Shown here one piece after another: positions 1-8,698 of a stretch of DNA of 64,000 nucleotides (positions are counted from its first letter, which is position 1; each line of letters starts with the position of its first letter). The DNA lies in assembly GCA_020724925.1 (NCBI GenBank), contig DYGC01000001.1, positions 5,228 through 69,227 of the forward strand, given 5' to 3'. This DNA is from Candidatus Paceibacter sp. (lineage in GTDB: Bacteria; Patescibacteriota; Patescibacteriia; DYGC01). A program made the translations under genes and the position numbers. A model generated the notes under the pieces. The model was not told the DNA's origin and did no database searches. It saw only the letters and a program-made list of their open reading frames with translations.

Positions 1-163
1 AACCGGGAACATTTAACAATTTATCACTTAATTGATAAGTATGAGCTTTGGTTTCTTGCAAACCGATAATATCCGGTTGCGCTCCTAACAACCACTCCAC
101 AAATCCTTTCTTTTCCACCGCCCGAATACCATTCACATTCCAAGAGTATAATTTTAAAAACAT
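1..163 (-). CDS. xth: Exodeoxyribonuclease III (AP endonuclease), N-terminal part; gene continues past the window start
   Basis: Minus-strand translation from the ATG at 161-163 reads [44 protein letters not shown], the canonical ExoIII/Xth N-terminus (SWNVNGxRA ... DIxCLQETK). The ORF runs off the window edge. Confidence 0.6.
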   Translation of the reverse strand, partial: MFLKLYSWNVNGIRAVEKKGFVEWLLGAQPDIIGLQETKAHTYQLSDKLLNVPG

Positions 164-220
164 AAAAAAGAAAATATTAATAATAATTACATTTTAACCA
201 AAAAGAAAAAAAATCACAAA

Positions 221-246
221 TAAAAAAGGGACCACTTATAGTCCCC
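221..246 (-). terminator. Rho-independent terminator downstream of the 270..560 ORF
   Basis: GGGAC/GTCCC stem (228-232 / 241-245) followed on the minus strand by a T-run (complement of the A-run at 221-227), directly after the stop of the minus-strand ORF. Confidence 0.45.
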
Positions 247-269
247 ATGAAAAACTACTAACAAACAGA

Positions 270-560
270 CTACTTGTACGGGCGATCCAAATATTCAAAC
301 AAGGTCTGCCGATCCGGTGCCGGCACCTCGACCGTCGGCCGAGACTGCAAGTCCGCGTAAGCCTTTTTGGACGCCTCTTGAGCCTCAAGGGCCAGGTGCA
401 TTTCCTGGACCTCGAGAGGAATCTCCAGGGTTTTGCGATTCATGACATCCAATTGGACTAAATCGCCACCCGATGGATAAGTGCTCTCACCCATCTGCTG
501 GACAATTTCGAAAATCGGACCAGAAATCGCGTCACCGGATTTTTTACCATCATTAGCCAT
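270..560 (-). CDS. Hypothetical protein (96 aa), no recognisable family
   Basis: Intact ORF with its own terminator. GC content is visibly higher than neighbouring genes. No motif recognised. Confidence 0.35.
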   Translation of the reverse strand: MANDGKKSGDAISGPIFEIVQQMGESTYPSGGDLVQLDVMNRKTLEIPLEVQEMHLALEAQEASKKAYADLQSRPTVEVPAPDRQTLFEYLDRPYK

Positions 561-617
561 GTCGAACCTCCTTTTGTGCGTAAAAAAAAACGCCTTATTA
601 AAATACCACCTTTATTT

Positions 618-658
618 AATAAAAACAAGGCCACTCGGCTCCATAAAAACCGAGTGGC
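618..658 (-). terminator. Rho-independent terminator after the SdpI-like gene
   Basis: 9-bp perfect stem GCCACTCGG (630-638) / CCGAGTGGC (650-658), followed on the minus strand by a T-run (complement of AATAAAAACAAGG). Confidence 0.5.
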
Positions 659-682
659 AAAAATATCTTACGAAAATAAAAC

Positions 683-1315
683 CTATTTTGAGATTCTAAA
701 TAAATAATAAGAGTAGGCAAAAGGAACCAAAACCATTAAAATGATTTGTACAATGAATACTGGGACAATTTGCCATTGCCAAAACGCTTCCAATAAAAAT
801 ATTAAACCGGCAATCACGAACATCCAGCCACCCACGCGCTGTGTTTTATTCCAATTATCGACATTGTCCAAGGCCCAAGGAGTTTTCACGCCTACAAAAT
901 AATTTTGTTTAATTTTACCCATGTAATTACCGATTAACACAAACATCACCCCCAAACCAATTAAAATCATTCTGGTGAAATTCAATCCCGGAACCAAAAC
1001 ATAAGCAAACATAATCGCCTGTAAATAAACAAAAAATACCAAAAAAATCATTTGTAAAAGGTTCCAAGCATCAACAAACTGCTGATATTTCTCCTTACGT
1101 GGATCGATCTTTGGTAAAACAGCAAACACCCCCCACATTGCCAAATAAATACCAGGGGCAAAAAATACTGAATAAATTCTTGGCCAATAACGATCGGGAA
1201 CGCCTTCAAAATTCCAATGAGACGGTACCTGTTCGGGCAAATATTGCCAAACTAACAAGCTACCCCCCAACAACAAAATGAATAAAACCAACTTAATGTA
1301 AAACCATTTTTTCAT
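683..1315 (-). CDS. SdpI/YhfL-family immunity-type membrane protein (DUF1648 + SdpI domains)
   Basis: Six predicted TM helices. HWNFEGVPDRYWPR motif (DUF1648) and NYFVGVKTPWALDNVDNWNKTQR motif (SdpI family). Sits immediately downstream of an ArsR-type regulator, as in the B. subtilis sdpRI arrangement. Confidence 0.6.
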   Translation of the reverse strand: MKKWFYIKLVLFILLLGGSLLVWQYLPEQVPSHWNFEGVPDRYWPRIYSVFFAPGIYLAMWGVFAVLPKIDPRKEKYQQFVDAWNLLQMIFLVFFVYLQAIMFAYVLVPGLNFTRMILIGLGVMFVLIGNYMGKIKQNYFVGVKTPWALDNVDNWNKTQRVGGWMFVIAGLIFLLEAFWQWQIVPVFIVQIILMVLVPFAYSYYLFRISK

Positions 1316-1327
1316 AAAATTAAAAAA

Positions 1328-1585
1328 TTATTCTTTAAAGAAATTAAATAAAAATTTAACTACACTTTCAAACACTGATAAATTCAAAGAGTAAATCATA
1401 AATTGACCCTGTCGCTCGAATGTCAGTAGTTGCGCCCGCTTTAAAATATCTAAATGATGAGAAAGTGACGCCTGAGTAAAATTAAAATGTGACTGCAACT
1501 CGGAAACCGACATGTCCTTTTTCCGAAGAAGATCAAGAATCTTTCGACGACTCGGATCAGACAAAGCCTTAAAAATTAAATCCAT
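1328..1585 (-). CDS. ArsR/SmtB-family transcriptional repressor (SdpR-like)
   Basis: 85 aa winged-HTH protein: LSDPSRRKILDLL ... MSVSELQSHFNFTQASLSHHLDILKRAQLL matches the ArsR family signature. First gene of a two-gene unit with the SdpI-like gene. Confidence 0.65.
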   Translation of the reverse strand: MDLIFKALSDPSRRKILDLLRKKDMSVSELQSHFNFTQASLSHHLDILKRAQLLTFERQGQFMIYSLNLSVFESVVKFLFNFFKE

Positions 1586-1600
1586 AAATTTTATTTGTTA

Positions 1601-1649
1601 ATATATAGATATCTGTCTATATATTAATTCATTTTACAAATCTTGTCAA
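1601..1649 (-). promoter_or_regulatory. Sigma70-type promoter (TTGACA-17-TAATAT on minus strand) overlapped by an inverted-repeat candidate operator
   Basis: Minus strand: -35 TTGACA (complement of 1644-1649), 17-nt spacer, -10 TAATAT (complement of 1621-1626). A 9-nt-arm inverted repeat ATATATAGA-N6-TCTATATAT (1601-1624) overlaps the -10 and predicted start, typical of ArsR-family autorepression. Confidence 0.45.
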
Positions 1650-1659
1650 ATTAAAAATC

Positions 1660-1700
1660 GCCCCACGCACTCACTGCGTAGGACGATTTTTTTATAAAGA
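1660..1700. terminator. Weak bidirectional hairpin terminator downstream of the lipoprotein gene
   Basis: ACGCA/TGCGT stem (1665-1679) flanked by an A-run upstream and a T-run downstream. Short stem, low confidence. Confidence 0.25.
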
Positions 1701-1724
1701 ACGTTTTCGCCTGCAAATCACTTA

Positions 1725-3110
1725 TTATTTTGAATGCTGATAAGAATAAGATTTCTTCATGGATTTCCAGAAAACTTCCTTGTTAAGACAATGCGGATTG
1801 GAACCATCACAATCTTTGTTTTCAATAAGATTACCATATTGGGCAAAAGTATGAGAATCCTCATAAGTGTACGGATCTTTCATCAAATTGGCAGTGACGG
1901 CGGCGTGGGCTTTTTCCACGTCCCCACCAGCTTTAGCCAACTCCTCTTCCATACCCATATTATAAGCACGCACCAAACCACGAAACTCAGCGGACTTGGC
2001 TTCGGCTTTAACTACATCCAAAGCTTCACCCAAAACGGCCGTCGTCACACCAGCCGCCTTGCCGGCCGCTTTGCCAAAAATCTGTTCCACTACATAATCT
2101 TTAATCTTTCCCTCCACATATTCACCGGTTCCACCACCAACAATATCCAAATCACGATTGAAATCCTGCTCTACTTCACTCAATCCTTGATTAATCGCTT
2201 CTTGGCGCTCCAGCATTCTCTCATAGAAACGCAATTGCTCATCCAGTGCTTTTTCCTTATCTGTCGGGTTAGACTTCCAAAATTTAACTTTTTCAAAGGC
2301 ATTGCCCAACTTCTCATTCCAACGATCCTTCAAAATATCCTTGGGATCCATATTTTCAATATCATTCGTCGGATCATTTAGATATTTTACGTATTCTTTA
2401 ACGGAATTATATTGTTCGTCAGTTAATTTCACCCCCTTGTCTTTCAGTTTAGCATTCAAATCCAATAATTGATCTTTGGTGCTTTCATCAATTTTACCAT
2501 CAATATAATCATCAGAAATTTGACGATTGGTTGGATCGGTCAAAAACTCATAAGAGCGCTTATTTTCATCGGTCATTACACCAAGCAATGAATTACGCTT
2601 ATCTTCCAAACCTTTTAATTGACTTTCCAAGCCCGGATCAGAACCATTTTTCAATTCTTCTTGTAAAATCTTAATTTGTGCGTCCACCTCCATTACCTTG
2701 TCCGCCGTAATCTTTGGTCCAACCGATGCTATACAATTATCTTTATCAGTACCGCTTAACTTAGCACAGCCCTCCGGCAATTCATTTTCAATCGAAGTTT
2801 CCAAAATACATTCTTCTTTGGTATATGACATCAAGCCACCTTCGATTTTATCACAAACCGACAAATCACCGGTATTAGTGGCAATTTGCAAATAACACTT
2901 ATCTTTTGGCGGATTGGAACCTTCAAAACCTTCGCCCTTAATTTTTTCACAACCGGCCGGATCACCATCCTGCACTGCCGAAGATTGATAACAATGATCA
3001 GGATCATCAAAAAATGAACAAGCCCAACCTTGAATATCCCCCAAACAACCACCCAAAAATATTGGCGCGCCGGCAATCAAGAAAAAAGATAAAAATCTGA
3101 ATTTATTCAT
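1725..3110 (-). CDS. Secreted lipoprotein, Cys-rich N-terminal region plus coiled-coil/acidic C-terminal half; hypothetical
   Basis: Signal peptide with lipobox (FLGGC). About 14 Cys in the first 130 residues. No catalytic motif recognised. Confidence 0.5.
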   Translation of the reverse strand: MNKFRFLSFFLIAGAPIFLGGCLGDIQGWACSFFDDPDHCYQSSAVQDGDPAGCEKIKGEGFEGSNPPKDKCYLQIATNTGDLSVCDKIEGGLMSYTKEECILETSIENELPEGCAKLSGTDKDNCIASVGPKITADKVMEVDAQIKILQEELKNGSDPGLESQLKGLEDKRNSLLGVMTDENKRSYEFLTDPTNRQISDDYIDGKIDESTKDQLLDLNAKLKDKGVKLTDEQYNSVKEYVKYLNDPTNDIENMDPKDILKDRWNEKLGNAFEKVKFWKSNPTDKEKALDEQLRFYERMLERQEAINQGLSEVEQDFNRDLDIVGGGTGEYVEGKIKDYVVEQIFGKAAGKAAGVTTAVLGEALDVVKAEAKSAEFRGLVRAYNMGMEEELAKAGGDVEKAHAAVTANLMKDPYTYEDSHTFAQYGNLIENKDCDGSNPHCLNKEVFWKSMKKSYSYQHSK

Positions 3111-3119
3111 AATTGATGA

Positions 3120-3614
3120 TTATTTATTTTTTTTAAAAATAAGATATAACACATTCCCGACAAACCAAACGCCACCGATAATCGCCAAAACCACGCAAGT
3201 GTACCATAACGGCTGCGCCACATAATCAATAATCGCCCGTCCGATGTTGGTAAAACGCGGTTCATTAAAATAAATTTGATATGACAAAATCCCCCACAAA
3301 CCAACGCCCAACAGGTAAGTCGCAGGATTCACCAACGAATATTTTCCCAAGCGCAACAAAGATTTTATACCATATAAAACATACCACAATAATAATGATA
3401 AAATCGCCAAAGCAAAACCAAAATATTGTCCATAAGTTTCAAACACATTTAAAATTTTCTCGCTGTCTATATCTTCCGGCGCCGGACCAATAAACCAATA
3501 AACCAAATAATAAATCACCGCAAACAAAAGCATCGCCAAGAAAGGCCACCACGCACGGTTGATAAAAGATCGTTTGTCACTGTCCTTCAAATCAATTTGC
3601 AAGTTTTCCGTCAT
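3120..3614 (-). CDS. Integral membrane protein (4 predicted TM helices), hypothetical
   Basis: Hydrophobicity pattern only. Confidence 0.4.
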   Translation of the reverse strand: MTENLQIDLKDSDKRSFINRAWWPFLAMLLFAVIYYLVYWFIGPAPEDIDSEKILNVFETYGQYFGFALAILSLLLWYVLYGIKSLLRLGKYSLVNPATYLLGVGLWGILSYQIYFNEPRFTNIGRAIIDYVAQPLWYTCVVLAIIGGVWFVGNVLYLIFKKNK

Positions 3615-3641
3615 AAAAATTTTTATTTATTTAAATTAAGT

Positions 3642-4280
3642 CTAAATCTCTTTTAACGGATGGATACTTAAATCCACCTTAAAAACACCATCGGTCACGT
3701 TAATTTTATTTTCATAATGATAGCCATCCGGTTCTAAATTTGTCAAAATACCGGAAAAGGTTCCCTCAATGAATTGATCATCAAAACGAGTAATGTTGAC
3801 TTCAATTGCATCGCCGGTGATATCAACGGTATTGGTATAACTCCAAGATTTATCCTCTTTATAAAAACCATAATGCAACATCGGCTCAAAATATGGCTCG
3901 CGGGCTTTCATACCAATAAACTTTTCCACGCGCTTTCCCGGAAACGTGACAGACATTGTTCCGTTTTGATAATCACCAAAAATCAACAAGGTTTCGCCAT
4001 CATCCGGATAGTTAACACTTTTCGGCAAATGCTGAACGGTCTGGACGCCTAAACTTTTATAAGCAACGCCATCCGCCACCCACGAAGCAAAACTTTTTTC
4101 CGCCACTACGAGTTCGCTCGGTGGAACGTCATCTCTTCCCTCCACAGAATTATTAGCACTTTCCACCAATGTCTCATCAGATAAATTTTCCTCTGCCCCT
4201 TTCTTACCACTAACCATGAACAAAAAATAAGAAACCGCCACCACCAACATCAGAATAGCGAGAATTTTCAAATTTTTCAT
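3642..4280 (-). CDS. Membrane-anchored extracytoplasmic protein, hypothetical
   Basis: N-terminal signal/anchor helix MKNLKILAILMLVVAVSYFLF followed by a soluble domain. Confidence 0.4.
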   Translation of the reverse strand: MKNLKILAILMLVVAVSYFLFMVSGKKGAEENLSDETLVESANNSVEGRDDVPPSELVVAEKSFASWVADGVAYKSLGVQTVQHLPKSVNYPDDGETLLIFGDYQNGTMSVTFPGKRVEKFIGMKAREPYFEPMLHYGFYKEDKSWSYTNTVDITGDAIEVNITRFDDQFIEGTFSGILTNLEPDGYHYENKINVTDGVFKVDLSIHPLKEI

Positions 4281-4291
4281 ACGCGTAATTA

Positions 4292-5626
4292 TTATTTAAT
4301 AACATGAAAATCACTAATTTTCACACCACTAGAATTAACCGTAAAATTAAAGCCGGCCTTCAAGGCAATGTGCCCATCTTCATATTCCACTTCCCCATAA
4401 TTTAAACCCAAAACGTCCAACTTGGTAATATAAAATGTACCACCTAAAACCGCTGGCTCAGGAGAAAGCTGTGTCAAATTATTTTCCACAAAAGTGTAAA
4501 GCTTCAATTCATCGTCGGCCGACAACAAATTCCGATCACAACGCCCTTGATACAAATCATCAAGTAAACAAATCTTGCCATTAGCAAATGTACAAACACT
4601 GCCACCGGCCGTCGTTTGACCACCCAAAATAGCACAATAAATTTCTGATTCATAATCAAAACCGGTCACCTTCACACCGCCTTCCGGACAATACCCGTAA
4701 AACAAAGACCATTCTTCACATTGTCGGTTATCTTCAAATAAACAAACTCCATATTGTCCCAACGCATTTTCTTTCATCATAATTTGACCGCCCTTATCCT
4801 GACAATTTAAAGAAGCGGGATTAGCCAAACCGGCCCACTCCCCCTGCCCCTGCAAATTATTCAACCACGGAAACTCCACCTTGAAATCACCCAAGGCATA
4901 AGCGGCCACCTGATACGGCGGAAAATAAAAAGTAATACTGTCTTCATCAAAAATAAAAGCCTGAAAGCTTTCAAGATCAGGTGCCACTCCGGACTTTATC
5001 CATTCCTCATCCATATAATCATCACCTGTCTTTTCCTGAATTTGTTTTCGCAAATCATCAAAACAAAATTGAGAAATATCATTCAAGTAATTATCGTTAC
5101 CGACAAATAAATCAGCCAAACTCATTTCTTTGTCATTTTGCAAATCATAAGCAAAACCATAATACTCACGGCCACCATGTGCACCACCACTATAATACTC
5201 AAAGGCTAAAACAAAACTAACATAATTTTCATCAAAGCGTCCTTTGTCATAACGAGCATGCAAATAATAAGTAATTGGAAAAATTTCACCGTCTTCCGCC
5301 AAATCGTCCATCGCCGACTCATAGGAATTGGCCGATTCTTTGAAATTGGCAACATAATCGGTCACGAAATTTTCAATCAACGAATTCAAATTATCCTTAC
5401 CATCAAACGTCGGGTAGGTGATCTCAATGTCCCAATCACCTTCTTTTTCCTCAATCTTTTGATCCTTCACAATCAACATTTTATTATCCGGCAAATCAGT
5501 CGGCCCGGAATTATCAGTGACAATATTTTTATCACCAACAACACTAAAATAATAAAACGCACTCACTCCGCCGACCAACAACGCCAAAGCAACCAAGACC
5601 AAAATGATTTTAAAGGTTTTTGTCAT
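4292..5626 (-). CDS. Membrane-anchored protein with a DUF4163/DUF3298 (RsiV-like ectodomain) region followed by two DUF333 (putative hemolysin-like) Cys motifs
   Basis: N-terminal TM anchor. YYSGGAHGGREYYGFAYDL matches the DUF3298 GGAHG signature. Two copies of the DUF333 pattern: GLANPASLNCQDKGGQ...GVCLFEDNRQCEEWSLFYGYCP and CAILGGQ...SVCTFANGKICLLDDLYQGRC. Confidence 0.55.
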   Translation of the reverse strand: MTKTFKIILVLVALALLVGGVSAFYYFSVVGDKNIVTDNSGPTDLPDNKMLIVKDQKIEEKEGDWDIEITYPTFDGKDNLNSLIENFVTDYVANFKESANSYESAMDDLAEDGEIFPITYYLHARYDKGRFDENYVSFVLAFEYYSGGAHGGREYYGFAYDLQNDKEMSLADLFVGNDNYLNDISQFCFDDLRKQIQEKTGDDYMDEEWIKSGVAPDLESFQAFIFDEDSITFYFPPYQVAAYALGDFKVEFPWLNNLQGQGEWAGLANPASLNCQDKGGQIMMKENALGQYGVCLFEDNRQCEEWSLFYGYCPEGGVKVTGFDYESEIYCAILGGQTTAGGSVCTFANGKICLLDDLYQGRCDRNLLSADDELKLYTFVENNLTQLSPEPAVLGGTFYITKLDVLGLNYGEVEYEDGHIALKAGFNFTVNSSGVKISDFHVIK

Positions 5627-5635
5627 AAATATATT

Positions 5636-6265
5636 TTATTTCTTTAATTTAAACGGTCGCGGAACCGACCAGGCAATAAACACCGCCAAAGCCATAAACA
5701 ACAAAGTATAACCATCAACGATTTCCATAATTGAACCGACAAAAGACATAAACAAATCCACACTCAACCACTTAAAATTAAATAAAACACCAACGCCGCT
5801 GCCACCTTCCAAAACCAATTGATTAAAATAATAATAAAAAATCAAATATTGAGCCAATAAAATTGACAATACAGCACAAACGGCTGCGACAATTTGCAAG
5901 CCACGAGAACGCTTTTTACCGGCAAACCATAAAACTAAATACCCCACAAAAAAACCTACACCCAATGCCATATAACCGATTTCATAATCCGTTAAAGCAA
6001 CAATCACCGCCCACACCAACGCCGAAAGCAGCGCCCCCACCAAACCTCCCAACAAACCCATATAAACCGATCGGGAATCAGCTTGACTGTCTTTATGTAA
6101 TTCCAAGGCTTCTTGCTCGGCCTGCTGGGCAACACTATCAATTTCAGCTTCAGTCGTTTCATACTCATCCAAAATAAACTTTTTTGCTTGTGCCAAATCA
6201 CGCCCCTCACAAAAATGTTCGGTTAAAATTTTTTTCAAATCATTAGTACCGTTAACCTTTTTCAT
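5636..6265 (-). CDS. Membrane protein with an N-terminal cytoplasmic coiled-coil region and 4-5 TM helices; hypothetical
   Basis: Hydrophobicity pattern only; no motif recognised. Confidence 0.4.
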   Translation of the reverse strand: MKKVNGTNDLKKILTEHFCEGRDLAQAKKFILDEYETTEAEIDSVAQQAEQEALELHKDSQADSRSVYMGLLGGLVGALLSALVWAVIVALTDYEIGYMALGVGFFVGYLVLWFAGKKRSRGLQIVAAVCAVLSILLAQYLIFYYYFNQLVLEGGSGVGVLFNFKWLSVDLFMSFVGSIMEIVDGYTLLFMALAVFIAWSVPRPFKLKK

Positions 6266-6283
6266 AAAATTAAATATGATGAT

Positions 6284-7129
6284 TTATTTTCTGCTTCCAA
6301 AATAATGATAATACAAAGGCACGGCCAAACACCAACCGCTAATCGCTTGATACAACATTAAACCCGCCACCACGAACAGCAACAAACTCCAGAAAAACGC
6401 CCCTAACACGAAAAACACCAAAAATCCCAAAACCCGCCAGCCACGCGCTCGGGCGGATAACGTTTTACCAAACCAACCGGGATATTTCTTTACAATCTTT
6501 TTCAAAATTAATCGCAACAAGACCATAAACAACATTGTCACCAAAATAATGAAGACAACCTGAATCGCGCCGAACGGTGATAACAAAAAGTTGGCCGGTA
6601 CTTCATTGAAAAAATCTTTTTTCAATTGCGGAAGCAATTTATAAACATTCATTATTTCGGCGAAATCAAAACTTTCCAGTTCGCCGATTGCCAAAGCATA
6701 TTTTCCTTGATTGAATTGATTAAACACCGCCACCCGATATTGTCCGGCCGGCATCACAGTTTTATATTCCGGACCTTCCAAATAAGTATCATAACCAAAC
6801 GGTTCAAAAAATTCTTTCCACTCAAAATTATCACCATCCAAAAAATATAATTCTTCATCGGTCGCCATATCATACAAAGCGGCAGAAAAACGTCCCTCCG
6901 GATTACTGTTTTTTGGTACCAATAAATTCAAATATAAATTAAATTCCTTATCACTGTTAATATAATAAGTATGTGGCACACCGGTTAATTCCGCATAGTA
7001 AGCCTTGGATACTTCCGGGGCAGGCACCTCAATCGTGGAATCATTGACCAAGCGTGGCTGGTGGGCGGACACCGACAAAGGCAAAATAAAAAAGCTCAAA
7101 ACAATTAAAGCTTTAAAAAATTTGGACAT
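6284..7129 (-). CDS. Secreted protein with C-terminal membrane anchor; hypothetical
   Basis: Signal peptide (LSVSA/HQ), ~200-aa extracytoplasmic domain, then two or three C-terminal TM helices. Confidence 0.4.
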   Translation of the reverse strand: MSKFFKALIVLSFFILPLSVSAHQPRLVNDSTIEVPAPEVSKAYYAELTGVPHTYYINSDKEFNLYLNLLVPKNSNPEGRFSAALYDMATDEELYFLDGDNFEWKEFFEPFGYDTYLEGPEYKTVMPAGQYRVAVFNQFNQGKYALAIGELESFDFAEIMNVYKLLPQLKKDFFNEVPANFLLSPFGAIQVVFIILVTMLFMVLLRLILKKIVKKYPGWFGKTLSARARGWRVLGFLVFFVLGAFFWSLLLFVVAGLMLYQAISGWCLAVPLYYHYFGSRK

Positions 7130-7207
7130 AAAATTATCCTTTAAAATTTTTGATTTACTAGTAAAATTTTAACACTAAAAAATAAGAAAAACAAATGCCG
7201 ATTATTT

Positions 7208-7300
7208 TGGCGGTGGGGGCGGGATTTGAACCCGCGATCAGCGTTTTAAACCGATACCGCTTTTCGAGAGCAGCGCCTTCAACCTCTCAGCCACCCCACC
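7208..7300 (-). tRNA. tRNA-Ser (anticodon CGA), long variable arm
   Basis: Minus-strand sequence GGTGGGGTGGCTGAGAGGTTGAAGGCGCTGCTCTCGAAAAGCGG...GCGGGTTCAAATCCCGCCCCCACCGCCA. 7-bp acceptor stem, anticodon loop CTCGAAA (anticodon CGA), long extra arm, GGTTCAAATCC T-loop, encoded CCA. Confidence 0.8.
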
Positions 7301-7353
7301 AAACACTGCCATTATTATGGCGGATTTTTTAAATTTTATCAAATCCGACAAAC

Positions 7354-8679
7354 TTGCCTAACCGGCAGAAAAATATTATTATAAATACTGAAACAAATAC
7401 CCACCAAGACAATATAAAAATTTTTATTTTTAATAATATCAAACCTGTGCAATATTTTTTCCTTTTGGGCAATAACTACAATTTAGCGGCAGTGGAAGTT
7501 TATACTGTCCTGCAAAGTTTTAAAATTCGATACACCACGATTCTGGAAGAAGCTCCTATTTTAATTATTGATAGCCCCAGTGAAATTAATTTACCGGAAA
7601 TTCAAAACATTCTTGGTGGAAGCATCAAATGCGGGCTCATTTTAAATTCTTTTGAACAAAAAAATCAGCAAAAATTAGCTGATTTTATTCATGAAACCTT
7701 ATCCACATACCACCCGCAACTGCATTTTGGCATCAATGTTTTTGACAAAAATGAAAATAATCAAAACAATCAATTAAAATTTTGGAAAAAATGGGCACTA
7801 GCCTGGAAAAAAGAAAACAAAAACAATTATCAACATTTACGCTTTGTTGAATCCAATGAAGGCAACCTTAGTTCAGTAATCATCAAAAAAAATAAATTAC
7901 TCGGTGAACATGGCTGTGATTTAAATTTGATTTATAACCAAGAAATAATTTTTATCGGACAAAGCCAAAGTGTTCAAGATTTTGAGCTTTACTCCCAACT
8001 TGATTATGGTCGCCCGGCATATGAAGCCAAGGTCGGGATGCTTCCCCCAAAACTTGCCCAAACCATGATTAACTTATCCCGCCAAAGTGATGAAGATATC
8101 CACAGTTTACACCTACTGGATCCTTTTTGTGGTTCTGGCACGGTTCTTAATCAGGCGGTTTTTAGTGGATTTATCCACATTTACGGCACTGATATTGATC
8201 CCCAGGCAATTCAACGCAGTAAGGAAAATTTATCTTATGTTAGCCAATTATTAGGGACTGTGGATATTGATTTAAATTTACAAACAATTGATGTGAACAA
8301 GTTATCCACAATGTTAACAAAAGCCAATATTGATAAGGTGATTAGCGAAGCCCATCTCGGTCCGGCTCTTAGTGGAAAAGAGTCCAAAGGGCAATTAAAC
8401 GAAAACAAGCGACTCCTGGAAATTATTTACAAGGGGGCTTTTCAAGAAATTTACAAAGTCATGAAGCCAGGAGGAATCTTGGTTCTAACCATTCCGATTT
8501 TTTTATACAAACAACAACTGATCAAATTTGATATTCAAAATCTGATTTACAACAACTTCAAAAAAGCCAAGGTTCTTGGCAAACATAAAAATCTATACAC
8601 GGATCGTAATTCTTTAATCTACAAACGCCCTAATCAAAAATTATGGCGCGAAATATTCGTCTTTCAAAAACAAAAATAA
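7354..8679 (+). CDS. SAM-dependent methyltransferase, putative RNA methylase (UPF0020/RlmL/Trm11-like)
   Basis: Motif I LLDPFCGSGTVLNQA is typical of RNA N2-guanine/N6-adenine methylases, with an N-terminal THUMP-like region. The true start may be downstream, e.g. the GTG near 7447. Confidence 0.45.
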   Translation: MPNRQKNIIINTETNTHQDNIKIFIFNNIKPVQYFFLLGNNYNLAAVEVYTVLQSFKIRYTTILEEAPILIIDSPSEINLPEIQNILGGSIKCGLILNSFEQKNQQKLADFIHETLSTYHPQLHFGINVFDKNENNQNNQLKFWKKWALAWKKENKNNYQHLRFVESNEGNLSSVIIKKNKLLGEHGCDLNLIYNQEIIFIGQSQSVQDFELYSQLDYGRPAYEAKVGMLPPKLAQTMINLSRQSDEDIHSLHLLDPFCGSGTVLNQAVFSGFIHIYGTDIDPQAIQRSKENLSYVSQLLGTVDIDLNLQTIDVNKLSTMLTKANIDKVISEAHLGPALSGKESKGQLNENKRLLEIIYKGAFQEIYKVMKPGGILVLTIPIFLYKQQLIKFDIQNLIYNNFKKAKVLGKHKNLYTDRNSLIYKRPNQKLWREIFVFQKQK

Positions 8680-8698
8680 AAGTTTCACCTGAAACAAA

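Noticed and set aside
1734-2381. Opposite-strand or overlapping ORFs from the six-frame track (e.g. 1734..2381+, 2831..3076-, 5258..5647+, 13000..13272-, 20444..20887, 31215..31643-, 32544..32864-, 36909..37121-, 37434..37673-, 42408..42776-, 50144..50518-, 51402..51758-, 54878..55288-, 57730..58324-)
   Set aside because: All lie inside well-supported genes on the other strand or frame, have low-complexity or atypical composition, and have no independent start, RBS or terminator signals. Treated as shadow ORFs.
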